Of a DNA stretch of 64,000 bases, positions 52,309 to 61,909 are shown one piece after another. The stretch covers positions 128,001-192,000 of the forward strand of contig OY970359.1 in assembly GCA_963718665.1 (NCBI GenBank), written 5' to 3'. The position numbers were made by a program, and so were the translations under genes. The DNA is from an uncultured Phycisphaerales bacterium. GTDB lineage: Bacteria > Planctomycetota > Phycisphaerae > Sedimentisphaerales > Anaerobacaceae. Each line of letters opens with the position of its first letter. The stretch's first letter is position 1. The notes beneath the pieces were generated by a model. It made no database searches, was not told the DNA's origin, and was given only the letters and a program-made list of their open reading frames with translations.

Positions 52309-52333
52309 ATTGCTTGTGGTGTTGAGGAAGGTA

Positions 52334-52456
52334 TTATTTTTTGTATTTTTTCTCACAGGTACATTTATCAGCCAGCTTGTTACAGCCGGAACAGACGGTA
52401 TCGATTATCTCTTTGCCGCATTTCCTGCACGGTGAACACCCACATGTCTGACACAT
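52334..52456 (-). CDS. 40-aa nine-cysteine metallothionein-like protein (absent from the ORF track)
   Basis: MCQTCGCSPCRKCGKEIIDTVCSGCNKLADKCTCEKKYKK; AGGAG RBS 7 nt before ATG; downstream terminator. Confidence 0.8.
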   Translation of the reverse strand: MCQTCGCSPCRKCGKEIIDTVCSGCNKLADKCTCEKKYKK

Positions 52457-52632
52457 TGCAAATCTCCTAAATGCCAGTTTTTTTACGAGCATCACCTACG
52501 TATTACTATACTGTTTGACGAATTTGGATGTTATTAGAAAATTACCTATTTAGCGGTTCTCAAAAGCTTACCGCAGGGACAAAGACAGATTAACAATTGA
52601 CGGCCGGATATTGGGGGATTAGGATTTCGGGT

Positions 52633-53940
52633 ATGAAGAATATAAAAAGCCATCAGGTAAACACTAAGTCAGCGGAGGCATTCGCGGAGGCAAGACGGTA
52701 TATCCCAGGTGGAGTAAACTCGCCGGTGCGAGCATTCGGAGGTGTGGGCTTAAAGCCATTGTTCATAGCCAAGGCCAAGGGAGCAAAAATTTACGACATA
52801 GACGGTAATGCCTATATTGACTACGTCGGGTCGTGGGGGCCGATGATATTGGGGCACGCTCATCCGGCGGTTGTGAGGGCAATAAATAAAGCAGCGAGAA
52901 AAGGAACAAGTTACGGTGCGCCGACCGTCGCGGAGACGGAATTGGCAGAAAAGATACATAACGCTTTCGCGTCGATTGAGAAAGTGCGATTAGTAAGCAG
53001 CGGGACAGAGGCGGTGATGACCGCGATTCGCGTCGCCCGCGCATACACGCACAAGGATTTGATAATCAAAATGGCGGGATGCTATCACGGGCATAGTGAT
53101 TCGTTATTGGTGTCGGCTGGGTCGGGAGCGGCTGAACACGCTGTGCCTTCGAGTGCGGGCATCCCCCCTGCCATAGCGAATCTGACGGTTGTAATACCAT
53201 ATAATGATGTTGAGGCGGTGAAGAATTGTTTCTTAGTTCACCGGGGTAAAATCGCGGCGGTACTGGTTGAGCCGGTGGCGGCGAATATGGGAGTTGTGCC
53301 GCCTGCGGAAGATTATTTGCAGCTTGTGCGGGCTTTGTGCGACGCCGAGAAATCGGTTTTGATTTTCGATGAGGTGATAACGGGCTTTCGCGTGGCTTAT
53401 GGGGGAGCACAGGAGCTTTATGGTATAAAGGCGGATATAACTTGTCTTGGAAAAATAATAGGCGGCGGATTGCCATTGGCGGCTGTTGGGGGACAGGCGC
53501 AGATTATGGATATGCTTGCGCCAACGGGACCTGTTTACCAGGCAGGAACACTAAGCGGCAATCCGATTGCCACGGCTGCCGCAAACGCGACGCTGGACAT
53601 ATTGGCCAGAGGTGATTGCTACGGCAAACTCGAAGCAAAAGCGGGAACGTTGGCTGACGGATTGAAAGACGCAGCCAGCGTGGCGGGCGTCCCCATCGTT
53701 ATCAACCGGGTTGGGTCGATTCTGAGCTGTTTTTTCACTGACAGGCCCGTATGTAATTTTGAGGATGTTCAATCAACTAATATCCGACAGTTCAAAAAGT
53801 TTTTCGCGTCAATGTTAAGCAATGAAATTTATATCGCCCCGAGCGCATACGAAGCAATGTTTGTCTCCCTGGCTCATTCGAAAAAAGACATCGATAAAAC
53901 GATTGAGGCAGCAAAAGCAGCGTTTAAAGCGGTTGACTGA
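52633..53940 (+). CDS. hemL: Glutamate-1-semialdehyde 2,1-aminomutase
   Basis: IPGGVNSPVRAF, SGTEA, FDEVITGFR, GKIIGGGLP, YQAGTLSGNP. Confidence 0.96.
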   Translation: MKNIKSHQVNTKSAEAFAEARRYIPGGVNSPVRAFGGVGLKPLFIAKAKGAKIYDIDGNAYIDYVGSWGPMILGHAHPAVVRAINKAARKGTSYGAPTVAETELAEKIHNAFASIEKVRLVSSGTEAVMTAIRVARAYTHKDLIIKMAGCYHGHSDSLLVSAGSGAAEHAVPSSAGIPPAIANLTVVIPYNDVEAVKNCFLVHRGKIAAVLVEPVAANMGVVPPAEDYLQLVRALCDAEKSVLIFDEVITGFRVAYGGAQELYGIKADITCLGKIIGGGLPLAAVGGQAQIMDMLAPTGPVYQAGTLSGNPIATAAANATLDILARGDCYGKLEAKAGTLADGLKDAASVAGVPIVINRVGSILSCFFTDRPVCNFEDVQSTNIRQFKKFFASMLSNEIYIAPSAYEAMFVSLAHSKKDIDKTIEAAKAAFKAVD

Positions 53941-54000
53941 TTAGCGGTCGTGTCGATTTCAACTTATAGACAACCTATTTAGATATTCTCAGGCGAAACC

Positions 54001-54066
54001 AAAAAAAAGAGGGGTCTGCCCACACCCTAAGCGAGACCCCTCAACGCCCCTTTGCAGGGACATTTG
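54001..54066 (-). ncRNA. Candidate ~65-nt small RNA
   Basis: TTGACG-N17-TATTAT promoter (54073-54101), GCAA-tetraloop hairpin, GAGGGGTCT/AGACCCCTC stem followed by eight T. Confidence 0.45.
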
Positions 54067-54187
54067 GAAATAATAATAAATGGTAAAGCAGAGGCCGTCA
54101 AGATGCTTTTTGAGAAAAATGGATATTCGAAAATCCTGTTATTATAGAGCTAAACAGCCGCGGTTGGTTCTGATATAGTATGCAGTC

Positions 54188-55861
54188 ATGAAACGGGAAA
54201 CCGACAAAACAGGAAAAAGATTGGTTTTACTGACCGGTGTGATTGCTATAGTCGCGGGCTGTTTGGCGGCGTATATGCCTGCGATACTGCAAGGCGGGTT
54301 TATCTGGGATGACGACCTGTATGTGACCAATAACCCGCTTTTGACGGCCCCGGACGGGCTGCGTCAAATCTGGTTTTCTATCGACGCTCCTCCGCCGCAA
54401 TATGTGCCACTTGTATATACAACCATAAGCACAACATTCTGGATTGAACATCAACTATGGGGGTTCAATCCGTCGGGATATCACGCGGTAAACGTGGGGA
54501 TTCACTGTATCAACGCATTACTATTGTGGGTGATTTTGAGACGGCTGTCGATACCGGGAGCGTGGCTGACGTCGGCGACTTTTGCGCTGCACCCGGTGCA
54601 GGTCGAATCGGTGGCGTGGATAACCGAGCGGAAGAATGTTTTGATGGCGTTTTTCGGGCTATTGATGGTGCTGTGCTGGGTGGAATATGTATTCGGGGAC
54701 AAAGGCAGGCGAAAGGCGATTTTATTATATGCGGGTTCATTGCTTTTTTGTTCGCTGGCACTCCTTAGCAAGGCGACGGCGTGCACGCTGCCCGCAGTTC
54801 TCGTTTTGATATTGTGGCTCAAAGGTTCGCCTATTGGGGTGAAGCGTCTACTGGAAATTGTGCCTTATGTCGCCATAGGGTTCGGGACGGGGCTGCTGGT
54901 AATTTGGAGGGAGCTGCGTCTTGGAACGGGTTTTCTCAATCTTGGGCTACAGGCAGCAGATAAGTTGATAATAGCAGGCCGGGCTTTATGGTTTTATCTA
55001 TGGAAGCTGGTTTGGCCAGGGAATCTGACGTTTAGCTATCCCCGCTGGAATATCGACGCAACTGATGTTTGGCAGTATGCCTGGCCGGTGAGTTTCGCAG
55101 CGGTTATGGCTGCCAGCTGGCTGCTGAGAAAACGAACAGGACGCGGGATACCGACCGCAATTATTTTTTTCCCGGCGATGCTGTTTCCGATGCTCGGATT
55201 TTTCTCTCTTTACACGTTTGTATATACGTTTGTCGCAGACCATTATCAGTATCTTGCGTGTATCGGGCCTATAGCGATTGTTGCCGGAATCACGGCAACG
55301 GTTTATCGCAGGTCGGGTGAAAACTCCAAATTCATAATCGTGTCGGCAGCGGGTGTTTTGCTGATAACGCTTGGGGTATTGACCTGGCGACAATGCGGGG
55401 TATATAAAAACTCGGATACGCTATGGGCTGATACGCTGAATAAAAATCCCGATTCGTGGCTGGCACACGGGCAAATAGGAGAGTCGCTTTTTGGACAAGG
55501 CAAATTCGACGAGGCCTTGATTCACCTTGACCGGCAGCTCGAACTTGCCTCTTACCTGAAGAAGATTCACCCAATGGCTTACTCGGACGTTTATTACTGC
55601 AAGGGGCTTATATTCTCCGCCAAGGGGAAACTGCAGGAAGCAGCAGAACAATTCAAACTGTCGCTCGAAATCAATGACAAATCCGCGCTGGTGCATTACC
55701 TGCTGGCTGATGTATTAATCAAACAGGGCAAGATTGAGGAGGCAACAATGCATTTGCAAAGAGGCTTTGAGATAGCAAAAGCCAAGGGGGCAAACAATCT
55801 GGCCGAGGAAATCCGGCATCGGCTGGAAACAGTTGAAAAACAGAAGACCCTGCTTCGCTAA
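54188..55861 (+). CDS. TMTC-like GT-C membrane glycosyltransferase with C-terminal TPRs
   Basis: FIWDD, FALHPVQVESVAWITERK, LALLSK, ADHYQY, LWADTLNKNP followed by TPR helices. Confidence 0.82.
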   Translation: MKRETDKTGKRLVLLTGVIAIVAGCLAAYMPAILQGGFIWDDDLYVTNNPLLTAPDGLRQIWFSIDAPPPQYVPLVYTTISTTFWIEHQLWGFNPSGYHAVNVGIHCINALLLWVILRRLSIPGAWLTSATFALHPVQVESVAWITERKNVLMAFFGLLMVLCWVEYVFGDKGRRKAILLYAGSLLFCSLALLSKATACTLPAVLVLILWLKGSPIGVKRLLEIVPYVAIGFGTGLLVIWRELRLGTGFLNLGLQAADKLIIAGRALWFYLWKLVWPGNLTFSYPRWNIDATDVWQYAWPVSFAAVMAASWLLRKRTGRGIPTAIIFFPAMLFPMLGFFSLYTFVYTFVADHYQYLACIGPIAIVAGITATVYRRSGENSKFIIVSAAGVLLITLGVLTWRQCGVYKNSDTLWADTLNKNPDSWLAHGQIGESLFGQGKFDEALIHLDRQLELASYLKKIHPMAYSDVYYCKGLIFSAKGKLQEAAEQFKLSLEINDKSALVHYLLADVLIKQGKIEEATMHLQRGFEIAKAKGANNLAEEIRHRLETVEKQKTLLR

Positions 55862-55905
55862 AGCTACGCAGGGCAGGCAGCGGACTGAAGACAGAAGATA
55901 GTAAA
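55848..55905 (+). repeat. REP-like hairpin across the stop codon followed by a 7-nt array
   Basis: CCCTGC-TTCGCTAAAGCTAC-GCAGGG then CAGCGGA CTGAAGA CAGAAGA TAGTAAA. Confidence 0.6.
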
Positions 55906-56005
55906 GCGTATCCAATAAAATACTTGAACTGATGAATAGAGAGGGTCATAATAGCGGTCGCATACGAAGGGTAAAATATAAAAACAGTTGAAATAAGAGC
56001 GCATT

Positions 56006-56826
56006 ATGGATTTTGAATTTGAAAATGAATCGGAATCCGGTAACAGGAGAAACCAAATGAGCCAGGAACAGTCAAGGATGGGTAATCTGGTCGATACGAC
56101 AGATTGTCTCGAGGCAATAAGTGCAATAAAGTTCTGGAAGAATTTTTTGTTTATAGTAATCCTGCTGGCGCTGATTCTTGTGCAGGGATCGTTCTGGGTT
56201 ATGAATCTTCACTTAGTCAGGGGAGATAACGTTGTACTTGGTCCCGCGGGCGGCGAGGCAACAGGAGAGAAACAGCCGGCAACGGAGGAGGACAAGATTA
56301 AGGAGGCGGCTAAACAAATCACGGCGGATACTAATGCGGCTGCTGAGCCAAATTTACAACAAACGCTGCATATGGGAGCCGAACCGAACAAGCCGGCGCC
56401 TGTGGAGGTAACAGTGCGATTCGAACTGCATGCCAGGCACATCGCAGCGATCGTACGTTTCCTGGACTTTATCCTTATACCATGCTCGCTGCTTTATTGT
56501 CTGACGATACTTTTCGCGATGAAAGTGTCGCTGATTGGGCGATTGGGCGGAATAAACCATATCGCAAGAGCATTCTTTATGTCTCTGTTGTTTGTCGTGT
56601 TGCTGCTGCCGTGGCAATTGATGTTTGCGCCGGTATTCGCCGGCGCTATGTTCACACCATCCGAGATGATGGCCGCGTGCCAGGCAGACAAAACCAAACT
56701 TGCATACGTGTCGATGATTTTCCGATTCAGCGTTTACTGGCGCTGGCAGTACTGCTGTTGCTGGGATCGCAGATGCGGAGTATGCGATGGGCAAGGGCGA
56801 CGCTGCGACGGCTTGACGTGATGTGA
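56006..56826 (+). CDS. Hypothetical membrane protein with a probable 1-nt frameshift near 56740
   Basis: Several TM helices; the shifted frame continues LAVLLLLGSQMRSMRWARATLRRLDVM, more plausible than the Cys-rich in-frame tail. Confidence 0.7.
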
Positions 56827-56875
56827 GATAAAACCCCGGCCATCCCTGCCAACGATATGCCGGGGCCAAACAATT

Positions 56876-57835
56876 ATGACAAGTCCGTTATTCGTCAAGA
56901 GAAAGAAGCCAAAAAAGGAGCATAATGCCATTCTCGACTGGCTGGAGTATACAGGTCTGAGAATCCTTGTCGGCATACTGCAACTGTCCAGTGTTGAAGC
57001 AAACCTGAGATTCGCCAGGTTTCTTGGTCGATTGTTGTGGAAGCACTACGGCCGGGGGAGACAACGGGCATTGGATAATCTTCGCACGAGCTATCCCGAT
57101 AAGGACGAGCAATGGTATGAGGAAACGGGACGAAAGAGCTGCGAGCAGCTTGTGATGCTGGCGGTAGATGTTATTTTTACGCCGCGTCTCGTCAAGAAAG
57201 ACAACTGGAAGCAATATTCAAGATTCAAAAATGCGGAACGCGCGAAGTGGCTGAGCAAGGAGGGAAAGGGGCTGATTCTTGTCGGGGCACATTACGGCAA
57301 CTTCGAAATCATCGGCTATATGATGGGGCTTTTCGGGTTCAATGTTTACAGCATCGCAAGGCCGTTGGATAACCCGTATATAAGCAAATACCTGTATGGG
57401 GTGCGGGAACGGGCGGGGCAAAAAATCATCGACAAAAAAGGCGCGGCGGAACTTTTTGGCAAGGTGGCGTCATCGGGGGCGACACTGGGCTTTATAGCGG
57501 ACCAGGACGCGGGCGAAAAGGGAATCTTCGTTGACTTTTTCGGCAGAAAAGCGAGCACCTACAAGAGCATCGGGTTACTTGCGCTGACGGAAAATCTGCC
57601 GATAGTCATCGGATATGCCAGAAGAATAGACAACCGCTTTTTCTTCGAGATTGGAGTTACGCGGATAATAATGCCTGAAGAATGGGCGAACAAGGAAGAC
57701 CCCCTGCTTTGGATTACAGCAGAATACACCAAGGCGATTGAAACATTTGTCCGCGAAGACCCGACCCAGTACTGGTGGCTCCACCGCCGTTGGAAACACA
57801 GACCAAAAAACGAACTGCCCGTTTCTGCTGTATGA
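56876..57835 (+). CDS. Lipid A biosynthesis acyltransferase family (LpxL/HtrB-like)
   Basis: AHYGNFE, RPLDNP, IADQD, FVDFFG, PTQYWWLHRRWK. Confidence 0.9.
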   Translation: MTSPLFVKRKKPKKEHNAILDWLEYTGLRILVGILQLSSVEANLRFARFLGRLLWKHYGRGRQRALDNLRTSYPDKDEQWYEETGRKSCEQLVMLAVDVIFTPRLVKKDNWKQYSRFKNAERAKWLSKEGKGLILVGAHYGNFEIIGYMMGLFGFNVYSIARPLDNPYISKYLYGVRERAGQKIIDKKGAAELFGKVASSGATLGFIADQDAGEKGIFVDFFGRKASTYKSIGLLALTENLPIVIGYARRIDNRFFFEIGVTRIIMPEEWANKEDPLLWITAEYTKAIETFVREDPTQYWWLHRRWKHRPKNELPVSAV

Positions 57836-57992
57836 TTTTCCCCCTGCCATTCTGCGTTTGATATTATAAATTGACGCGATGATTTTGCAATGTTGCAAAA
57901 ACACAAAAGAAATAGTCCCGATGTCGATTGTTCGACTCTCGGGACTATTTCGCTTTTATTCGCTTTCGGCGGATTCAGTCAGTCAAAGATTG

Positions 57993-59474
57993 CTAATTGT
58001 CGGTTTTGCCGGCCTCGATGTCTTTTTCAGCTCTTGTCTGCTGAGGTTCCGGCCCCCGGAATTCCGTTACCTCGTACTGCTTTTTCTCGCGTTCCGTCAG
58101 AGACATATCGTTGATAATCTTAGGAGTAATGAATACGACCATCTCGCTGTTGGTTGTCTCTTCGCCCTCAAACCTGAACAAATAGCAAATGATTGGTATA
58201 TCGCCGAGAAGCGGTATCTTGTTGACGGACTTGGAAACATCTTTCTTTCTGAGTCCGCCGAGGACGACCGTCTGGCCGCTGTCAACCAGCAGTGTTGTCG
58301 AAGCTGTACGCGCATCAACAACCGGCTGCGGATATGTAAGCGCGCCACTGGCAAACGTTACGCTACCGGTCTGTACGCTGAATTCCGGCTCAACCTTCAT
58401 CCGTATTTTCTCTCCACGTGCCAGATGAGGGGTAACTTTCAGTTTTACGCCAACGTCCTTGAAGTCGGTCGTGCCTATATTGCCGCCGCCGGAGGTCTGT
58501 GTCAAGTCCTGATACGGAATCTCCGAGATAATGTTTATCGTGGCTGTCTCATTGTCCAGAACAAGGATTCTCGGATTGGCAAGCAGTTTGGCATCAGTGA
58601 TGTTCTTTTGCGCCGAGATAATCGCATCGATATCGAGGTTATTGGATAACCAGCCGAACTTCAACTGTCCGGTTACGCCCGATGTCTCGGCTGTATTGCC
58701 GCGGAACATACCTGTTTCAAATGGGTAGGTTTGGCCGGTCTTGGTCTCGCCCATTGTACCTGGGGCGTCAACTGCCGCGCCGTTTGTATAATACTGGGTG
58801 TTGCTTCCTGTGTTCCATTCAACACCCAGGTCAAGAGCATTCTTGCTGGTTAAATCGTATATTCTCGCTTCGACAAGTATCTGCGGAGTAACGCGGTCTA
58901 TATCCTCAATGAATGTGCCGATTGCTTTTATATTGCTTTCGGTATCCTTGACGATAATGTTGCTCGTGCCAGGGTTGGTCGTTATCGCGCCTCGCTGCGA
59001 TACGAATTTAGAAAGCGATTTCTCGACTTCCTTGATATCTGCGTAATTGACCCGGTAAATCTTGGTCACCAGCTTTTCCGCTTCCTCTGAAATTTCTCCC
59101 GTCGGAGCAACTCTAATAATATTTTTGCTCATAACGTAGTCATAACCCTGAGAGGCGAGTATGTTACGCAGCGCCTCTTCGAGGGGAACGTTGCTTAGCT
59201 TGGCGGTTACTGTTCCAGTAACCTTCGGGCTTTTGACGACATCGACATTGGCCTGCTCGGCCATAATCCTTATGACGTCGTCAATGGCGGTATCCCTGAA
59301 ATCCACACTGATTCGTTTCTGCATTCGCTGTTCGAGGGTGGGCAGGACATCCGCCTTGCTGTTGGCATTGGCATCGCTTTCATTGGCAGCCGATACCGCG
59401 GCGAATACAACTGTTCCCGGCAACAGCAATAACACGGCTATCACCAGCAAACACGTTACCTGATTGGTCAACAT
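57993..59474 (-). CDS. pilQ: Secretin (PilQ/GspD family)
   Basis: ISVDFRDT N-domain, PQILVEARI, LANPRILVLDNETA, KIPLLGDIP, FITPKII. Confidence 0.9.
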   Translation of the reverse strand: MLTNQVTCLLVIAVLLLLPGTVVFAAVSAANESDANANSKADVLPTLEQRMQKRISVDFRDTAIDDVIRIMAEQANVDVVKSPKVTGTVTAKLSNVPLEEALRNILASQGYDYVMSKNIIRVAPTGEISEEAEKLVTKIYRVNYADIKEVEKSLSKFVSQRGAITTNPGTSNIIVKDTESNIKAIGTFIEDIDRVTPQILVEARIYDLTSKNALDLGVEWNTGSNTQYYTNGAAVDAPGTMGETKTGQTYPFETGMFRGNTAETSGVTGQLKFGWLSNNLDIDAIISAQKNITDAKLLANPRILVLDNETATINIISEIPYQDLTQTSGGGNIGTTDFKDVGVKLKVTPHLARGEKIRMKVEPEFSVQTGSVTFASGALTYPQPVVDARTASTTLLVDSGQTVVLGGLRKKDVSKSVNKIPLLGDIPIICYLFRFEGEETTNSEMVVFITPKIINDMSLTEREKKQYEVTEFRGPEPQQTRAEKDIEAGKTDN

Positions 59475-59531
59475 TCTTATACCCTGTCCCTTTCTAAACG
59501 TTACACAAATTTCTTTTGATTTAAGTTACAT

Positions 59532-60500
59532 TTAATGTTCGACTTTTTGGCTCCATTTTTTATCGCCCACCGCAAAATCGACGCTATCGGGATTTATTTT
59601 TACGATGGTAGCGCCGGCGACAGTGTCTCCGGCAGAGACGATTCGGTCGCCAACAATAGCAGAAGGATTATCTTCACTATAAACGATACCTTTAACGGCC
59701 GGGCCTTCGGCAGTTCCCTTTCCCGAAGTTGAGACGGCACCGAAAACCATTGGGTCTCTGAGGTTGGCAGGAATCGGCTGCGGTATTTCCCAGTTGATTT
59801 TGCTGCCTAAGACAGGGGCAACAGCTTTATTTGAGGGCTTGACCGAAATTCCAGGCGAGGTTTTGACAGCGTTCACAACAACAAGAAGTAAAACTATCGC
59901 CAAAACCGGTGAGAGCAGAAGCATCATTTTCTGCCTGCCCGATGCAGCGCCATGTTTTAAGGTAAGCAGTTTGGCTTTGACTTTATCAATGATTTTCAGC
60001 AGAGGTGAATCTTTGGGCTGTTTAATAACAAACTCGGATTTTGACTGCTTTGCCGGAGCCGAAACGGGCAATGAAGCTGGTGCAGATGGTTCAAAGGCCG
60101 TCTGTCTTGGTTTGGGCGGCTCATAAACAACCTGTCTTGTCGGTTGCGATGTTGCTTGCGTTGGGGGTTCTTGGATAGTGAACGGTTTGGGTGATACAAC
60201 TGCCGGTTTCGGAGTTACGGTCTTCGCAGGAGTCGCAACAGGAGCAGGCACAGTCGATGCAGGTGCAGTTACTGCCGGGATAACCGTGGTGGAAGTCGCA
60301 ACTAGCGCAGGAGTTATCACCCGGGCAGGAGGCGTCGCTGGCGCAGGTGTCGCGGCAGGTGCGACCTGTGTATGCGGCGTTATCGGTGAAGCCGGCACGG
60401 TTGAACTCGCATCCGGCCCCGCAACATTCTTCTTGGGTATCTGGATACCCGTAAAGATTTTGGAGACCTCTTTCTGCAATCCCAGTTTGCTTTTATCCAT
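59532..60500 (-). CDS. PilP/GspC-like bitopic protein with a Pro/Ala/Thr-rich N-terminal region
   Basis: Low-complexity region, one TM, LRDPM, VKGIVYSEDNPSAIVG...GDTVAGATIVKI. Confidence 0.7.
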   Translation of the reverse strand: MDKSKLGLQKEVSKIFTGIQIPKKNVAGPDASSTVPASPITPHTQVAPAATPAPATPPARVITPALVATSTTVIPAVTAPASTVPAPVATPAKTVTPKPAVVSPKPFTIQEPPTQATSQPTRQVVYEPPKPRQTAFEPSAPASLPVSAPAKQSKSEFVIKQPKDSPLLKIIDKVKAKLLTLKHGAASGRQKMMLLLSPVLAIVLLLVVVNAVKTSPGISVKPSNKAVAPVLGSKINWEIPQPIPANLRDPMVFGAVSTSGKGTAEGPAVKGIVYSEDNPSAIVGDRIVSAGDTVAGATIVKINPDSVDFAVGDKKWSQKVEH

Positions 60501-60503
60501 TGT

Positions 60504-60635
60504 TCAACTCCCCTGTGGGTCGAGGGCCACGACAAGAACCTTCTTGCCCTTTCGTCCAAGAGCCGCAGCAAGATTGACGGTTGTCGTCGTCTTGCCGCAT
60601 CCACCCTTCTGATTTGCTATTACGATTACTCTCAT
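60504..60635 (-). pseudogene. 43-aa N-terminal stub of a ParA/Soj ATPase
   Basis: [43 protein letters not shown] then TGA; next gene starts 3 nt later. Confidence 0.85.
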
Positions 60636-60666
60636 TTTTTATATAACAAGCTGTCGCCTGCTTCTC

Positions 60667-61233
60667 TTAACCGGCTTGTTTCCTTCTGACAAGAAATGAC
60701 AATGACATATCAACCCTGTTTGCGGCCCCGCCCTGGCCATCACGCTGCACTCTGAACCTGTCAACAAAAACGACGGGCTGATGCCTTTCAAGGGTATTAA
60801 CAAAATTGGCAAATTGCATAAAATCAGACGCAAAAGAAATTTCCATTTTGTTTTCCTGGAGGTTCTTTGTCGCAAGCTGGTCCGGCTGTCTGCCAATCTC
60901 CGGCGTTTTGACGGTAAAGGCCCTAACCTGCCTATCGCCGGCGATACGACTGACGGCGAAAGTAAGGTTGGGAGAATCTTCATACTCAGAAACATAATTG
61001 CTCAACCTGGTCTTGAGCGATTCAACTTCGGCGGCCAGCTTTTTCTTGTTATCTTCGAGCGAAGCGTCAATAGCCATATCAAGCCGCCCCTTCTTTTCAG
61101 TCGCTTCCTCCTGGATCTGCGCCTTGATTTTCAACTGCGGGGTAATAAATAAATAATACGCAATCGCAAACAGAAAGAACGATACGCCCCAAACTATACC
61201 CATCGCTATAATATATTTTCTATAAGCACCCAT
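60667..61233 (-). CDS. pilO: PilO-like alignment protein
   Basis: N-terminal TM, coiled coil, FMQFANFVNTLE; position after pilN. Confidence 0.75.
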   Translation of the reverse strand: MGAYRKYIIAMGIVWGVSFFLFAIAYYLFITPQLKIKAQIQEEATEKKGRLDMAIDASLEDNKKKLAAEVESLKTRLSNYVSEYEDSPNLTFAVSRIAGDRQVRAFTVKTPEIGRQPDQLATKNLQENKMEISFASDFMQFANFVNTLERHQPVVFVDRFRVQRDGQGGAANRVDMSLSFLVRRKQAG

Positions 61234-61242
61234 AATTTCTCG

Positions 61243-61908
61243 CTATATCCCCGGTTTGAATATACAGTCAATGTCGTAAGAAACAACATCTCTGCCGTCC
61301 ATGGTTCCATTTGTCTGCGAAGCAATAACGACGTCTTCGAGCTTTGTGCCAATGACATTCGAAGCAAGCAACCGGTCACGAAATGCCTTGATTTCACGGT
61401 CGAAATCGGAGTTTGGATTTCCGCAGAGTCGCATCCTCAAGGTTCTAACGGTAATGCTTGTATCGCCCGTTTTATCTTTCTTGTCCTTTTCCGCAATCGC
61501 ACTGCCGCCTACGGCTGCCTTTTTATTTATTGAGGTCTGCTTAACCTCCAAACCGTTAAGTACCGCTGAATCGGGAAGATTTTGGACCAGCGATACAAGG
61601 ATTGGCGACCACTGGGTATGCGTCCTGATAGAGCTTGCTACATCGGAGAGACAATTATTCAGGTTGATTTTGTCTCTCTCCCATGACTCCTTGAGCTTCA
61701 AGGTGTCGACGAGTCGTTCTATCTGCGTGGTGTAATTGGCAACATTTTGTTTGTTAATCGATATGACGACTTTATTGTTATAATAGTAGCTGGCCATCAG
61801 TATAGCAACCAGCATTGGAACCACGAAGGTAGCAACAAAAATGGCGATGCCCTTTGGCCTTGTTCTAATCGGACGTCCCTGACCTTTAAGTAAATCTATG
61901 GTAAACAT
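61243..61908 (-). CDS. pilN: PilN-like alignment protein
   Basis: IDLL motif, TM, coiled coil, WSPILVSLVQNLPD. Confidence 0.8.
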   Translation of the reverse strand: MFTIDLLKGQGRPIRTRPKGIAIFVATFVVPMLVAILMASYYYNNKVVISINKQNVANYTTQIERLVDTLKLKESWERDKINLNNCLSDVASSIRTHTQWSPILVSLVQNLPDSAVLNGLEVKQTSINKKAAVGGSAIAEKDKKDKTGDTSITVRTLRMRLCGNPNSDFDREIKAFRDRLLASNVIGTKLEDVVIASQTNGTMDGRDVVSYDIDCIFKPGI

Positions 61909-61909
61909 A

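Noticed and set aside
52270..52470. 66-aa plus-strand ORF from the track
   Set aside because: Overlaps the minus-strand Cys-rich ORF, which has the RBS and terminator
60050..60420. Pro/Ala/Thr-rich region as an O-glycosylation target
   Set aside because: It precedes the TM helix and is probably cytoplasmic, so a disordered linker is more likely
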